Source: Terriglobia bacterium
GTDB taxonomy: Bacteria; Acidobacteriota; Terriglobia; JAJPHL01; JAPKYU01
DNA length: 64,000 nucleotides
NCBI GenBank assembly: GCA_965206645.1
Contig: CBDBKE010000002.1
Coordinates: 64,001-128,000, forward strand
Direction: 5' to 3'
In this document: positions 27,095 to 38,294 of the stretch, one piece after another
Position numbering within the stretch: the first letter of the stretch is position 1
Layout of the letters: every line of letters begins with the position of its first letter
The notes under the pieces: model-generated
Databases searched by the model: none
The model's input: the letters and a program-made list of their open reading frames with translations, nothing else
What the model was told of the DNA's origin: nothing
Program-made: the position numbers and the translations under genes

Positions 27095-28615
27095 ATGTAC
27101 TATGACTTCGATATGGTCGTAATAGGCGGAGGCGCGGCGGGTCTAACCGCTGCTGGACTTTCTGCTTCCCTGGGCGCCAAGACGGCGCTGGTGGAGGCGC
27201 GAAAGCTCGGAGGAGAGTGTACGTGGACTGGCTGCGTGCCGAGCAAGACCTTGTTAAAAGCGGCCAAGGTTGTGCATACCATGCGAATGGCTGACCGCCA
27301 CGGACTAGATCCTTCCACTCCCAACATTAACTTTGCGAAGGTGATGGAACACGTTCATGCCACACAAGCCCATATCTATTCGGAAGCCGACGCGCCGCCG
27401 ATCTATGAAAGCATGGGGGTACAACTGATCACCGCCCAGGCCAAGTTTCTGGATCCGCGCAGATTGGAAATTGTTGATGAACAAGGGACACGTTCGCAGG
27501 TGTCTTCCCGATATTTTGTGATCGCCACCGGCAGTGCGCCCCATATTCCTCCCCTAGAAGGACTCTCGACAACACGCTATCTGACGAATGAAACGATATT
27601 TACGTTGTCAGACCTTCCTCGAAGGTTAATTATTATCGGTGCGGGCCCCGTGGGGATCGAGATGGCTCAGGCCTTCCGTCGGTTAGGTTCGGAAGTGATT
27701 GTGTTCGACTTGGAAGATTCAATTCTGAGCCGGGATGACAAAGAATTGACCCGCCGGTTGCAGCAAAGCCTTGTTTCTGAAGGTATCCAATTCGCTCTGG
27801 CGAGGACAGTGAAGAAGGTGGAAAGAAGTGGCGCCGGCGTGCAAGTTACGGCTGGCACTGAAGCGGCGTCACCCGCACTTACGGTGAAAGGCGATGCTCT
27901 TTTACTTTCCAGCGGCCGCCGCGCCAATACGGACCAATTGAGTCTTGAGGCGGCCGGTGTGGCATTCAACAAAATTGGGATTCCTGTGGATAAGCATTGC
28001 CGGACATCAAGGAAACATATCTTCGCCTGCGGTGATGTGACGGGTCGTTATCAGTTTACCCACATGGCGGAACACATGGCGAAAATAGCTGTAAGCAACG
28101 CCTTGCTTCGTCTTCCTGTGTCGCTGGATTTCAAACATGTGACCTGGTGCACCTACACAGACCCCGAGTTGTCCCATGTAGGTGGGTCGGAAGAGGAACT
28201 CACAAGGCGAGGAATGCAGTATGAAGTCTATCGTTTTCCGTTCTCGAAAATCGATCGTGCCATAATCGACAATGAAACCACGGGAATGATCAAAGTGCTA
28301 GCCAGAAGTTTCACCGGCAAGATTCATGGTGTCAGCATCCTCGGTGCTAATGCCGGAGAGATGATTGGCGAGTACGCTCTGGCGATGCGGAACGGTGTCA
28401 CCCTGCGCCAGATTGCCGATACCATCCATCCGTACCCGACCTATGCCCTGGGCAATCGGCGTGCCGCAGACCAATGGTATGTCCGGAAACTCTCTCCTAC
28501 GTTCGTACGATGGCTGCAGCGCATCTTTGGTTACCGCGGACAATTACCTGATATCGCCGATCCCGCAGCAACGACTGGCATCAAGGGGGAGAAGCAATAT
28601 GGGAGTCACCGATGA
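27095..28615 (+). CDS. Pyridine nucleotide-disulfide oxidoreductase (mercuric reductase-like, no C-terminal Cys pair)
   Basis: GGGAAG, GGECTWTGCVPSK, GAGPVGIE, FTHMA, IHPYPT. Confidence 0.88.
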   Translation: MYYDFDMVVIGGGAAGLTAAGLSASLGAKTALVEARKLGGECTWTGCVPSKTLLKAAKVVHTMRMADRHGLDPSTPNINFAKVMEHVHATQAHIYSEADAPPIYESMGVQLITAQAKFLDPRRLEIVDEQGTRSQVSSRYFVIATGSAPHIPPLEGLSTTRYLTNETIFTLSDLPRRLIIIGAGPVGIEMAQAFRRLGSEVIVFDLEDSILSRDDKELTRRLQQSLVSEGIQFALARTVKKVERSGAGVQVTAGTEAASPALTVKGDALLLSSGRRANTDQLSLEAAGVAFNKIGIPVDKHCRTSRKHIFACGDVTGRYQFTHMAEHMAKIAVSNALLRLPVSLDFKHVTWCTYTDPELSHVGGSEEELTRRGMQYEVYRFPFSKIDRAIIDNETTGMIKVLARSFTGKIHGVSILGANAGEMIGEYALAMRNGVTLRQIADTIHPYPTYALGNRRAADQWYVRKLSPTFVRWLQRIFGYRGQLPDIADPAATTGIKGEKQYGSHR

Positions 28616-28715
28616 AGTCCTGAAGACGAATGAAAGGCTACGCGAAGGACTTCAAGTGCGAACGCGCCAATGAAGATTGGGGTGAACCTCTGGATTTGGG
28701 AATCTCCCCTCAAGG
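28599..28715 (+). pseudogene. Two adjacent 5' gene stumps (beta-carbonic anhydrase-like; sugar phosphate isomerase/epimerase-like)
   Basis: GGGGGAG SD + MGVTDEVLKTNE/GYAKDFK (frameshifted); ATG 28670 MKIGVNLWIWESP; family resemblance recalled from memory. Confidence 0.4.
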
Positions 28716-28983
28716 CTGCGGAAGCCCGTTGAGCCCCGTGATCGTCCAGTTCCCCGATATGCAATATCTTAACGCTGACCGAAGGGTCATACTTGATAGG
28801 CTCTTGTGATGGCGGCGGTTGGTGCAGCTGGTGACCAGGTTCCTCTCCGAAGAGGCCTGCCCATAGGCGGCTCGAAGTCGTTCTCGGGCCCGACTTCGCA
28901 AGAACCGTATCAGTAAAGAGGTACTGAAACAACGGACAATTACTCCAGGGTACTTCAAGACCAATGAAGTAGGGCATACGCTC

Positions 28984-31116
28984 ATGATTAGGCGCCTTGA
29001 CTGGCGAGTAATTGCGATTGTTTCTGCTTTTGTTTTCCAAGTATTCTTCTTTGTCCCGCTCCAAATATTTCTGAACAACATCACTGAATTCTCAGCGAGC
29101 CTCGCCCACTTGTGCTTCTTGTTCCTGCTTGCTTCATCCGGTTTGAGTGCCGTCTTATACTTTGCTGCCCGTAAGCTTCCCTCTCAGATATTCTTGTCAG
29201 CTGTTACATTCCTCAGCGTCGTGGCTTTCATTGGATCCAAGATATTGTTTGGTCTCGCGAGACATCGACCCTTTGACGGGACGTTGATTGATTGGGAGCC
29301 ACTAGTAGCGCTCTCACATTTCGAGCTGGCTACAATTGTCGCCCTTGCACTTCTGATTGCTGCACTCAGGCAGCACCAGGGGCTTTTCCATTCTGTTTCT
29401 CTCTTCATACTGCTATTCCATGGCATCGGGTTCCTTCATGCGACGATTACCAGGTTTGATTCGATTCGACAGTCCGCAAGAACCTTTCAAGATCTATCTC
29501 CTTACTTTAGAGATTTTTATCGCTTATCCAGAGAGCGCAACGTCATTCACATTGTGGCGGATAACACCCCGGGTGCCCTGATGTACGAGATTGTGGCTTC
29601 TAACTTCGATCGATACTCTGAAGTGTTCGATGGTTTCACTTTGTTTACTCGTGCTGCCGGGCGCTATCCACGCACTTTTGCTTCGATTTCATTTTTCATG
29701 ACAGGTCGGGGCCCGGACCCTGGGAAGGACTTTGTTCCATCTTTGCCTTTCACTCGTAAGTACATCTGGACGACTCTCAACGAACACTCCATCGTTAACA
29801 CGTTGGCCCTGCATGATTTCAGGACGTTCGCCTATCAGTGGCGCGGTTCCTATTGTGCAGGGAGTTACACGGCCTGTACGGCTGGGGACGTTTTCCACGG
29901 ACAGACGATTAGTTCGGGAAAAGCCACCCACACGGGACGGATCGGGCTTGAGCTTGTGGATATTGCCTTATTTCAGGTCACGCCGGTTCTGATTCGCCGT
30001 TACATCCATAATGACGAACGGTGGTTTCTGTCCCAGCTGGTGACAACAACGCGTACCTATTCGGCCATCTTTGATCTGTTTCTCGAAAACATGACAACCG
30101 ACGAGCGTGCAGGCTCTTACAACTATTTCCATGTCGCGGGCGGACATTCCCCAATACTGTTTGACGAGAACTGTGCCTACGTTGGGACGCAAAAAGAGAG
30201 CTACGAAAACATACGCGCCCAGGTCACCTGTACCTTATTGCAACTTGAGCGCTTGGTCCAAAAGCTCAAGCAACTAGGCATTTATGATGAAACTATGATC
30301 ATCATGCACAGCGATCACGGCAACCCATGGCTCACCCCATCGTTGAACTCTGTGGGGGACGCGGTTATGCTCCCGCGTGTGAGTGGAGGTGCAAACGCTG
30401 CTATATTGGTGAAACCGCCACAAATGCAGGGACCCCTAAGATTCTCACGTGCCCCAGTTAGCATAGGTGACGTCCCGGCGACGATCAACGATGCTTTTGG
30501 ACTGGATGGCCAATTCCCGGGTATTCCCATGGGTAGTCTTAATGAGACCTCCGAGCGTGAACGCGTATTCCTTTGGTATGAGCTTGAACCTGGAGGCCCA
30601 TGGGAAGATGTTCTGGAGGCGCTTCCCAAGGTTGTGCGCTATCGCATTCGTGGCGATCTATTCAGCCGCGAAGCCTGGATTCTGCCTTCCCCATCCGATC
30701 TAGAAGAGGCTCCTGCGGCCTTGACAATGGATCACCCGCGCTTCTCGCGTTTCGCTCTGGGTTTCAGCACACTTTGGGACCAAGAACGGCCAAAGCGCTG
30801 GGTTGAGGGTGCGCTAGCCCGCGCCTATCTTTCTTTCCCGACCGAAGGCAGGGCTCAGCTTGTGTTCGACACCGACCTACCCCCATGGATCACTGGGCAA
30901 TCAATGGAAGTTTCCGTCAATAACCTAATCGTCGCCAAATTGGACGAGCAAGACTTGGCTGGAAGCAAAAGGCACGTCACTCCCCTGCCGCACGACCTGC
31001 CCCGCAGAAAGGTCAATGTTATCGAATTTGCTATGGGAAAGGCAGCAAAGCTTGGTAACGATAACCGCCTTTTGTCAGTGGTATTTGCTTATGTCGGACT
31101 GGAACCGCTGGAGTAG
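28984..31116 (+). CDS. Membrane-anchored sulfatase/alkaline-phosphatase-superfamily protein
   Basis: About five N-terminal TM helices, NVIHIVAD, GGHSP, LKQLGIYDETMIIMHSDHG; visibly AT-richer than the core genes. Confidence 0.75.
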   Translation: MIRRLDWRVIAIVSAFVFQVFFFVPLQIFLNNITEFSASLAHLCFLFLLASSGLSAVLYFAARKLPSQIFLSAVTFLSVVAFIGSKILFGLARHRPFDGTLIDWEPLVALSHFELATIVALALLIAALRQHQGLFHSVSLFILLFHGIGFLHATITRFDSIRQSARTFQDLSPYFRDFYRLSRERNVIHIVADNTPGALMYEIVASNFDRYSEVFDGFTLFTRAAGRYPRTFASISFFMTGRGPDPGKDFVPSLPFTRKYIWTTLNEHSIVNTLALHDFRTFAYQWRGSYCAGSYTACTAGDVFHGQTISSGKATHTGRIGLELVDIALFQVTPVLIRRYIHNDERWFLSQLVTTTRTYSAIFDLFLENMTTDERAGSYNYFHVAGGHSPILFDENCAYVGTQKESYENIRAQVTCTLLQLERLVQKLKQLGIYDETMIIMHSDHGNPWLTPSLNSVGDAVMLPRVSGGANAAILVKPPQMQGPLRFSRAPVSIGDVPATINDAFGLDGQFPGIPMGSLNETSERERVFLWYELEPGGPWEDVLEALPKVVRYRIRGDLFSREAWILPSPSDLEEAPAALTMDHPRFSRFALGFSTLWDQERPKRWVEGALARAYLSFPTEGRAQLVFDTDLPPWITGQSMEVSVNNLIVAKLDEQDLAGSKRHVTPLPHDLPRRKVNVIEFAMGKAAKLGNDNRLLSVVFAYVGLEPLE

Positions 31117-31570
31117 CGGCGACTGGCAGCTCCCTGTTTCCTTCGCTATAGCGCTTTCGCGATCAAGACATCGTTCGTCAGCAAAGGACTTTCGGCCCAC
31201 CAGGGCAGCAGGCTGCGAAAAGTTACTGAGGCACAGAAAGGAAGCTGATAAATGGTAATTTGCACTGAATGTATAGATCGTTCGGACTTGCAAATCGCTT
31301 TTACAATGTGGGACAGAAAACATCATACACGAGATTGCCAAGAGCAACGCTTAGACTACCAAAGTATAGAGCCCGCAATGAACTTATATCCTCCTGCGTG
31401 AAAATGAGCTGACAGTCTACTCACAAGAGGTGCAACAGCTATTATAGCAAAAGGTAAGACACTTTCAGTAAAGGGAGATTCTCCTCTGAGTTGTCTCGTT
31501 CACCCCGGCGGAGGTTAATTGCTGGGCAGGCGTGGATCAACCACGATGCGCGATCAAGTCATCCCTGTCG

Positions 31571-31614
31571 CCACTTGGATGCATAACGGCCTTATCGGAA
31601 ACTGACCTACTACC
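31571..31614. repeat. Copy 1 of a ~45-bp site with ATAA-N5-TTAT core
   Basis: CCACTTGGATGCATAACGGCCTTATCGGAAACTGACCTACTACC; near-identical to 40112-40157. Confidence 0.7.
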
Positions 31615-32092
31615 CTGGCGTGCGTAGAGGGTCACTTGTCCGGTAAGCCGACTATACGGCCAAGTGACCGCTGACGTTAGAAAAGGAGCCGCAAGGCGGT
31701 GAGGTAGTTTCCGAGTCGCCGACTATTCGCCCAACTGAAACCGGGATTGATAAACGCCAGCCCGTTTGTGGGGACTATCGGCTTTGTGCATAGCTGACCT
31801 GGGAAAACCGGAGTCGCTACTTTCTACGGAAATCCAGACAATCTCGCAGGGAAAGATTCACCCGTCTCCGTCAGTTCACAGAGGTATCACACCTCGGTCT
31901 CGCCACTTGATGTTCCGTCGCTCCTTCGGCGAATCAAGTCTCCAACCCGGTTCATTTGAGCGATCCTTGGAAGAAATAAGCTAAAAGTGGATGTCCACCA
32001 CAACAGCGACTATAGCCCTTCCGCACACCAAACGGCAGGAGGCTGGGCATGGGCGGAAGCGTCCTGAGCCGAGGCGGGTTTGGGGGCCGCTG

Positions 32093-35044
32093 TCAGTCGA
32101 TATAGAGGAACTCGTTGGTGAGGAACAGCAGGTGGCAGAAGCTTTCGAGCGCTTCTTTGCGAGCCTGTTCCGGCGCGGCGTTGGACTTCAGATACAGATC
32201 TTCCTCGCGCGCCAGATGCGCCCGCGCGATTTGTACTTCCTCGCGGGAGGGCTTGCGGGAGAGAGCCAGCAGATACGCTTTTTCAATCTTCTCTTCCAGA
32301 TTGCCATTGGACATGCTGGCGACCCGCTCGGCAAAGGCGCTGGCGTTCTCGACGACGAAATCATCGTTCATCAGTGTGAGCGATTGCAGGGGCGACACCG
32401 AGTTCATGCGCCGGTTGCAATTGGTCTGCATGATGGGGGCGTCGAAGGTCTCCAGGAACCCCAGCGGGAAGTAGCGCCGCGCCAGCACGTACACGCTGCG
32501 CCGCCAGATTCCTGTGGGCTCGGCGTCAACCGGCTCACCTTTCCCGTCGGTGTGAGGGTTCAGCTTCTTCAGGCCGTCGGCCATCAGCGGGCCCTCGACG
32601 GCAGGCCCGCCCATAGTCCATTCCAGCTTGCCGCTGGTGGCCATGATGGCATCGCGCAAGGTTTCTGCTTCCAGCCGGCGCAGGTTCATGCGCCACAAAT
32701 GCCGGTTTTCCGGGTCCACTTTGAGCGCAAGCGAGCCGCCCGACGGCCGCTCGGACGATTGGCGGTAGGCTGTGGAAGTCATGGTTAGCTTATGGAGCTT
32801 TTTGATACTCCAGCCCTGACGCATGAACTCGACCGCCAGCCAGTCGAGCAGCTTGGGATGCGTCGGCGGCTTCCCTTGCTTGCCGAAGTTGGCCTGGGTT
32901 TCCACGATGCCGCGCCCAAAGTGATGCTGCCAGACGCGGTTCACCATCACGCGGGCGGTGAGCGGATGGTCGGGGCTGATCAGCCAGCGCGCAAACGCCA
33001 GCCGGTAGCCGCTGGTTTCGCCCTTTGTGTCCGGCGGCCGGACCGCATCGGTCTCTCCGGGCGGACTGACGACCTCCAGGAACCCAGGCTGGACCGGCGG
33101 CCCGGGACGCCCGACTTCGCCGCGCTGCAACAGGCGAATCTTGGGCGGCGGCGCGAGTTCCCACAACACCTGGATTTTGTCCCAGGAGCGGCGATAGCCG
33201 TTCAGGATCTTGATCTGCTCGGTCAGCTTCTCGTGAGTGGCGCGGTGCTCCTCGTTTAGGGCCTTGACTACTTCCTCCGGGGTAACGGTGAGCTTCTCAA
33301 ATCTGGCGGCCAAGAATTTTTGCACCGCGTCCCGCTCCTCCTCGGGCGTGGCCAGAGCCTCTTTCGTCTCCGCCCGGATATTTTCCGGAAGCTCCTTCAG
33401 CTTGGCTTCGAGCAGGTTTTCCCGGTAGGGTCCGTAGATGGCTTCCAGCTGCTCCTTGAGTTTGGCCACAGGTTTATCAATCTCGGCGTTGTGGCGCTCG
33501 ATCTCCTCCTGCTCCGCTTTGGAGACGCTCGGGAGAAAATGGTTCTTCGGTTGCAGCCAGTGGACCGGGTTGTAGCCGGTGGCAAAGACCGCCAGCATGC
33601 GGTAGTAGTCCTTTTGCGGAATCGGATCGTACTTATGGCTGTGGCAGCGAGCGCAGCCCACGGTCAAACCCATCAGGCCGGTGGAGACCTTCTCCATCAA
33701 GTGGAAGAGCACGTCATACCGCTCTCCCGGCAGATTCACGACGTCCTGATCGGTGCGGTCAAAGACTGAGCGCAGATAGCCGGTGGCGATCAGCTTGTCC
33801 AGGACCTCCGGCGTGTACTTCTCAGCTGAGCGCCAGTCCACCAGTTCATCGCCGGCCAATTGCTCCACTAAGAACTGGTCGTAGGGCATGTCCTGGTTGA
33901 ACGCGCGGATTACCCAATCCCGGTAGCGCCACATGCCCTCTGCGACAATCGCGCCCTCAACGCCGCCATCAAACCCGATCACATCGGTGTAGCCAGCCGC
34001 ATCCAGCCAGTGGCGGCCCGATCGCTCGCCGTAGTGCGGCGAGGCGAGAAGCTTATCGATGAGTCGCTCGTACGCGTCCGGCTTGTTGTCCGCCAGGTAC
34101 GCCCGGATGTCTTCTGGGGACGGCGGCACCCCGATCAGGTCCAGCCAGGCGCGGCGCATCAAAGTGACCTTGGAGGCATCGGGCGAGAAGCTGAGTCCCT
34201 TGGCTTCAAGCTGCGCCAGCAGGAAGACGTCAATCGGCGTGCGCACGCGCTGCCGATTCTTCACAGACGGGACGGCTTCGGCGACCGGCGCCTGGAACGC
34301 CCAGAACTGGCGGTCTTTCTCTGTGACCGGCGGCGCTTCGGCCTGATTGAAAGTGGTGCGCGCCACGTGCGGCCGCAGGAGGCGCAAATCGGAGGTATCA
34401 ATCCAGCGGGCCAGGGTGCGGATTTCGGCGTCGCTCAGGGGTTCACCCATCCCCGGCGGCGGCATGTCGCGAGAGGTCACCTTACGGATCAGGATGCTTT
34501 TGGTCGAACCGAGGTCGGAAAGCACGGGCCCGTTTGCGCTTCCCTTTAGCACCGATTCAAGCATGCGCAGATCCAGGCCACCCATGGGGTTATCCGTGCC
34601 ATGGCAAGTGAAGCAGCGCCTTTTGAAGATGGGCAACGCCAGTTTCTCGAACCGCGCCGTCTCTTCTTTGGTTTTGGCGGCGATAGTGGCTTCTTCATCC
34701 GAGGGGGCCCCCGCCTCAATCCAGCGCCGGATGCTGCCGATTTGCGCGTCCGTCAGCCTCATCTTGAATGCGGGGGGCGGCATCATCCGCTTGGAGACCT
34801 TTTCGTACAGCAGGCTTTTTTCGGGCGATCCTTTCAGCACCACCGGACCCTCATGACTGCCGCGCAGGATGGAGGTGGCCGTGCGCAAATCCAGCCCGAC
34901 CATCGCGGTGCCGCCATGGCAACTGAAGCAATTGGCCTCAAAGATCGGCTTGACGTCCCGTTCAAAGCTGGGCTGCGCGAAGACGGTCATTGCGGACAGC
35001 GCGCCCAACGCTGCAACCTGACTCAGCAGACGAGCAAACCGCAT
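32093..35044 (-). CDS. Planctomycete cytochrome c (x2) + DUF1549 + DUF1553 protein
   Basis: CFSCH, CFTCH, CARCH; SPHYGER..RHWLDAA, HPLTARVMVNRVW..HFGRG, RRLEAE; start placed at MRFARLL. Confidence 0.9.
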   Translation of the reverse strand: MRFARLLSQVAALGALSAMTVFAQPSFERDVKPIFEANCFSCHGGTAMVGLDLRTATSILRGSHEGPVVLKGSPEKSLLYEKVSKRMMPPPAFKMRLTDAQIGSIRRWIEAGAPSDEEATIAAKTKEETARFEKLALPIFKRRCFTCHGTDNPMGGLDLRMLESVLKGSANGPVLSDLGSTKSILIRKVTSRDMPPPGMGEPLSDAEIRTLARWIDTSDLRLLRPHVARTTFNQAEAPPVTEKDRQFWAFQAPVAEAVPSVKNRQRVRTPIDVFLLAQLEAKGLSFSPDASKVTLMRRAWLDLIGVPPSPEDIRAYLADNKPDAYERLIDKLLASPHYGERSGRHWLDAAGYTDVIGFDGGVEGAIVAEGMWRYRDWVIRAFNQDMPYDQFLVEQLAGDELVDWRSAEKYTPEVLDKLIATGYLRSVFDRTDQDVVNLPGERYDVLFHLMEKVSTGLMGLTVGCARCHSHKYDPIPQKDYYRMLAVFATGYNPVHWLQPKNHFLPSVSKAEQEEIERHNAEIDKPVAKLKEQLEAIYGPYRENLLEAKLKELPENIRAETKEALATPEEERDAVQKFLAARFEKLTVTPEEVVKALNEEHRATHEKLTEQIKILNGYRRSWDKIQVLWELAPPPKIRLLQRGEVGRPGPPVQPGFLEVVSPPGETDAVRPPDTKGETSGYRLAFARWLISPDHPLTARVMVNRVWQHHFGRGIVETQANFGKQGKPPTHPKLLDWLAVEFMRQGWSIKKLHKLTMTSTAYRQSSERPSGGSLALKVDPENRHLWRMNLRRLEAETLRDAIMATSGKLEWTMGGPAVEGPLMADGLKKLNPHTDGKGEPVDAEPTGIWRRSVYVLARRYFPLGFLETFDAPIMQTNCNRRMNSVSPLQSLTLMNDDFVVENASAFAERVASMSNGNLEEKIEKAYLLALSRKPSREEVQIARAHLAREEDLYLKSNAAPEQARKEALESFCHLLFLTNEFLYID

Positions 35045-35048
35045 GGTC

Positions 35049-36540
35049 TCAGGTCTCCTTCGGCGGGTTCTTGAGGATGCCGGCGACAATGCGTGCGCCT
35101 GTGACGCTGACATTGGTGGGGGTTTTTTCCCGTCCCTCGTGGGAAAAGGTAAGCCGCTTATGATTGAGTCCGAGCTGATGCAGCAGAGTGGCTTGCAAAT
35201 CGGGGACACCCACACGATTCACTGTGGACTTGTAGCCAAACTCGTCGGTCTCCCCGTAGGCCAGGCCCTCCTTGAAGCCGCCGCCGGCCAGCCAGAGGCT
35301 GAACGCGTTGCGGTTGTGGTCTCGCCCGTCGGAGTTTTGGGTGGTCGGAAGGCGCCCGAACTCGCCCGCCGACATCAGAATAGTGGTCTCCAGCAGGCCG
35401 CGGCTCTTCAGGTCTTTCAGCAAGGCGGCAATGGGCTGGTCGGTTTGGGCGCAAATCTCCGGCATGTTCTTCTTGATATTGAAGTGATGGTCCCAAGGCT
35501 GGCCTTTCCCCGGATAGATCTGCGCAAAGCGAACGCCAGCCTCGACCAGACGGCGCGCCATGAGGCAGCGCAAACCGTAGCTGGCGGTCACAGGGTTGTC
35601 CAGCCCGTAGAGCTTCTTAGTAGTTTCCGACTCCTTGGAGATGTCCAGGACATCCATCGCGGCCAGTTGCATGCGCGCTGCCAGCTCGTAGTTCTGGATG
35701 CGCGCCTCCAGCTCGGAGTCTTCCGTGTGGCGGCCGAGGTGCATCTTGTTCAGCTTAGCCAGCGTGTCCAGCCGTTCCCGCTGCGCGCCGGGCGGCGGCG
35801 GCACCGTGGGATGCAGGTGGCGGACCGGCGTTCCGGTGGAGCTGAACTCCACTCCCTGGTAGAGCGCCGGTAGGAAGCCGCTGGTCCAAAGCTGCTTGCC
35901 CAGCGTCGGGTACCCCTCCGGGTCGCGCAACGCCACAAACGCGGGGAGATTCTGATTCTCCGTGCCGAGCGCGTACGACACCCACGCCCCCAGCACCGGA
36001 CGGCCAGCGAAGATGCGGCAGGTCATCAGCATGTTAAGGCCTTCCGGATGGTTGTTGTGCTCGGTGTGCATCGAGCGAATCAGGCAGATGTCGTCGACGA
36101 CTGTAGCCAAGTGTGGAAGCGTCCCGCCCAGCTCAATGCCGCTCTGTCCGTGCCTGCGGAACTGGAACGGGCTGGCCAGTAGCACGTTGGCATTGTTGGG
36201 CTGATGGATTTCGACCCCGTCGGGGTGCGGCTTGCCAGACCATTTCGTCAGCTCGGGCTTGGATTTCGACCCCGTCGGGGTGCGGCTTGCCAGACCATTT
36301 CGTCAGCTCGGGCTTGGGATCGAACAGGTCCATCTGGCTGGGGCCGCCAGTCTGCACAAATTGGATCACAGCCTTCGCCGTGCCCGGGAAGTGGCCCTTC
36401 CGCGGCTTCAGGTCGTTGTAGAAGCGGCGGTCCTCATCGGCTCTCAGCAAACTGGCAAGGGCGACGGTGCCCAGGCCGAGGCCGGACATTTCCAACAGTT
36501 TGCGGCGGGAGATGTATTCCGGAAGATCATCCCAAAACAT
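35049..36540 (-). pseudogene. DUF1501 protein frameshifted by a 55-bp tandem duplication
   Basis: SRRKLL Tat-like motif, GGPSQMDLFDPKP, GEFGRLP...GRDH; removing one repeat joins ...DGVEI to HQPNNANVLLASPF. Confidence 0.85.
36205..36314. repeat. Perfect 55-bp tandem duplication
   Basis: 36205-36259 = 36260-36314. Confidence 0.95.
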
Positions 36541-36941
36541 TGCGCACACCTCCTGGAACCCAGGCACTCGCACCAAGGTATGCAGTGAACAATCACAATT
36601 CTAATGTGCCTGACTCCGCGGCACAAGCGAATCGTGACGAATCGTGACAGGCAGCACTTTCACTGAGAGTAGATAGGTCCCGCCTAGCTTCCGACTGACA
36701 GAGGCCAGACAGGACCCGTAGGAACGGCGTTGGTTCCTCAGGAGTCGGCTAGCGTTTACCGATGCTGCCACGCAGCCCACCAATCTAACCAGCATTGTTG
36801 GTGACAGGGCGGTGTATCTCGTGCCGCTTGGACTCCACCAGTACAGCAGCGGAAGACCACCGGGCCGATTGGCCCGGTCGCCGCGTTGACTTAGCTGAGG
36901 GCGCAGCGCAGCATGGCCCCCAAGAGGGAGGCTTCTTGCCC

Positions 36942-37010
36942 ATGGTCGGCCGGCCGCTCGGGCACTACCGCAGCCTGGAGAAGCTGGGCAGGGAAGCATG
37001 AACGTGGGCC
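36942..37010 (+). pseudogene. 5' stump of a Ser/Thr protein kinase gene
   Basis: MVGRPLGHYRSLEKLG followed by frameshifted GSMNV resembles the typical GHYRILEKLGxGGMGVVY start. Confidence 0.5.
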
Positions 37011-37121
37011 ACCCCTTTGCCTGTCTTCTGTCGGTGAATAGAGAAGTCGGATATACATCTGTCAGGCAGGAAAAGTCCATGGAAATAGCGGTTCACCATA
37101 TGAGCTAAATATGAGCTAAAA

Positions 37122-38087
37122 TTGCACGCGCCGATGGGGATACGAGCGGACTTCTGGAAGACGTTTTCCGTATTGAAGGCCTTAGACGCCTCTGATTTGG
37201 CGAAATCCTTCATGTCTGGGGAGGAACGCAATGGAAGTCTGATATCTCTCATGACCGGTCGTTTTGAGAAGGAATTGGTCCGACATAACTTGACCGTAGA
37301 TGTTGCGGCACGCCACTCAGCCGGAGGATCTTTTGAATGGTTTCTTACGAATCTTTTCTTATATTCGGAGCACCTGGACTCCTATGTCTCTATGGCCGGA
37401 TTTCAGTTGGCGCGACTATGTGCACAGTTGCATTATCAGCCTGCAGACGCATTTCTTAATGATTGGCTGTGCATGTCCAAGAAGGAAATTCTCCTGGAGC
37501 AACTTGGGCCGGAACAGTCCTACTCGAGTTCAATCTACCTGTCGCACCTGTGGGTCGAGAACGTAGCGGCAAGGCGTATCTTCTTTGCCCGCCAGATCCA
37601 AGCTCTTGCGAACTCTATGGGGCTCAGGCTTTCGGAGTCTCGAATACTAGATGTAGGCAGCGGCATGGGAGGTACTCTGCGTCTATTTACCGACGCTCAA
37701 GAGCGAATCGGAATAGACATCTCCGAACCAATGGTGCATTGGTGCAATGAAACGAGTAATGAAGGCGAAAGATATGCGGTTATGGATTCCAGGAGCCTGG
37801 ACTTTCCCGAGAACTGGTTCGATATTATTTTAAGTTTCGACGTTCTGGAGCATATTTTGGAACCTAGACTCGCCCTGCAGGAGATGGCCCGTGTAGTGCG
37901 TCCCAGTGGTGTTGTTGCGATTGTCTATCCTTTTGGATCTGACGATTGGGATAGCCACATTTCCCTTGTTCGAAAGTCGACATTCGATGGTTGGTTGCGT
38001 GGAAGCGGGTATGAAGTTCTTGCGGAAGCTACAGCTCCCCGGGAAGTCTATCCCTGTTCTGTATGCTATTTGCTCAGGGCGTCATGA
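37122..38087 (+). CDS. Class I SAM-dependent methyltransferase (candidate gene cassette)
   Basis: ILDVGSGMG, IGIDIS, FDIILSFDVLEHI, EMARVVRPSG; lower GC; start codon uncertain. Confidence 0.85.
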   Translation: MHAPMGIRADFWKTFSVLKALDASDLAKSFMSGEERNGSLISLMTGRFEKELVRHNLTVDVAARHSAGGSFEWFLTNLFLYSEHLDSYVSMAGFQLARLCAQLHYQPADAFLNDWLCMSKKEILLEQLGPEQSYSSSIYLSHLWVENVAARRIFFARQIQALANSMGLRLSESRILDVGSGMGGTLRLFTDAQERIGIDISEPMVHWCNETSNEGERYAVMDSRSLDFPENWFDIILSFDVLEHILEPRLALQEMARVVRPSGVVAIVYPFGSDDWDSHISLVRKSTFDGWLRGSGYEVLAEATAPREVYPCSVCYLLRAS

Positions 38088-38194
38088 TAGGGAAAGCCAA
38101 AGAGTGAACCTGAGCTGAAGATCATGTTCTCTTGAATATGTCACTGCCCGCCCATGCCGGAACACACACAAAATTGCGACGTGCAATATGGCGT

Positions 38195-38294
38195 GCCTAA
38201 CAAGCAAATGCACTCCGACCGCCAAACCGCGCCGCAGTTTGGTACCCTCGCTCGCCACAGCTCGCTCGGCGGCGGGTGATTTGCGCCGTTAGCC
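38195..38294 (+). mobile_element. Integron attC site (solitary)
   Basis: R'' GCCTAAC-5-L'' AATGCACT-CCGACCGCC...GGCGGCG-L' GGTGATT-6-R' GTTAGCC, with extrahelical bases. Confidence 0.75.

Noticed and set aside
27095-28615. merA mercury resistance
   Set aside because: No C-terminal Cys-Cys, no N-terminal metal-binding domain and no mer genes nearby
31581-31682. Second attC (GCATAAC...GTTAGAA)
   Set aside because: Has an internal hairpin, but the L boxes do not pair at canonical spacing
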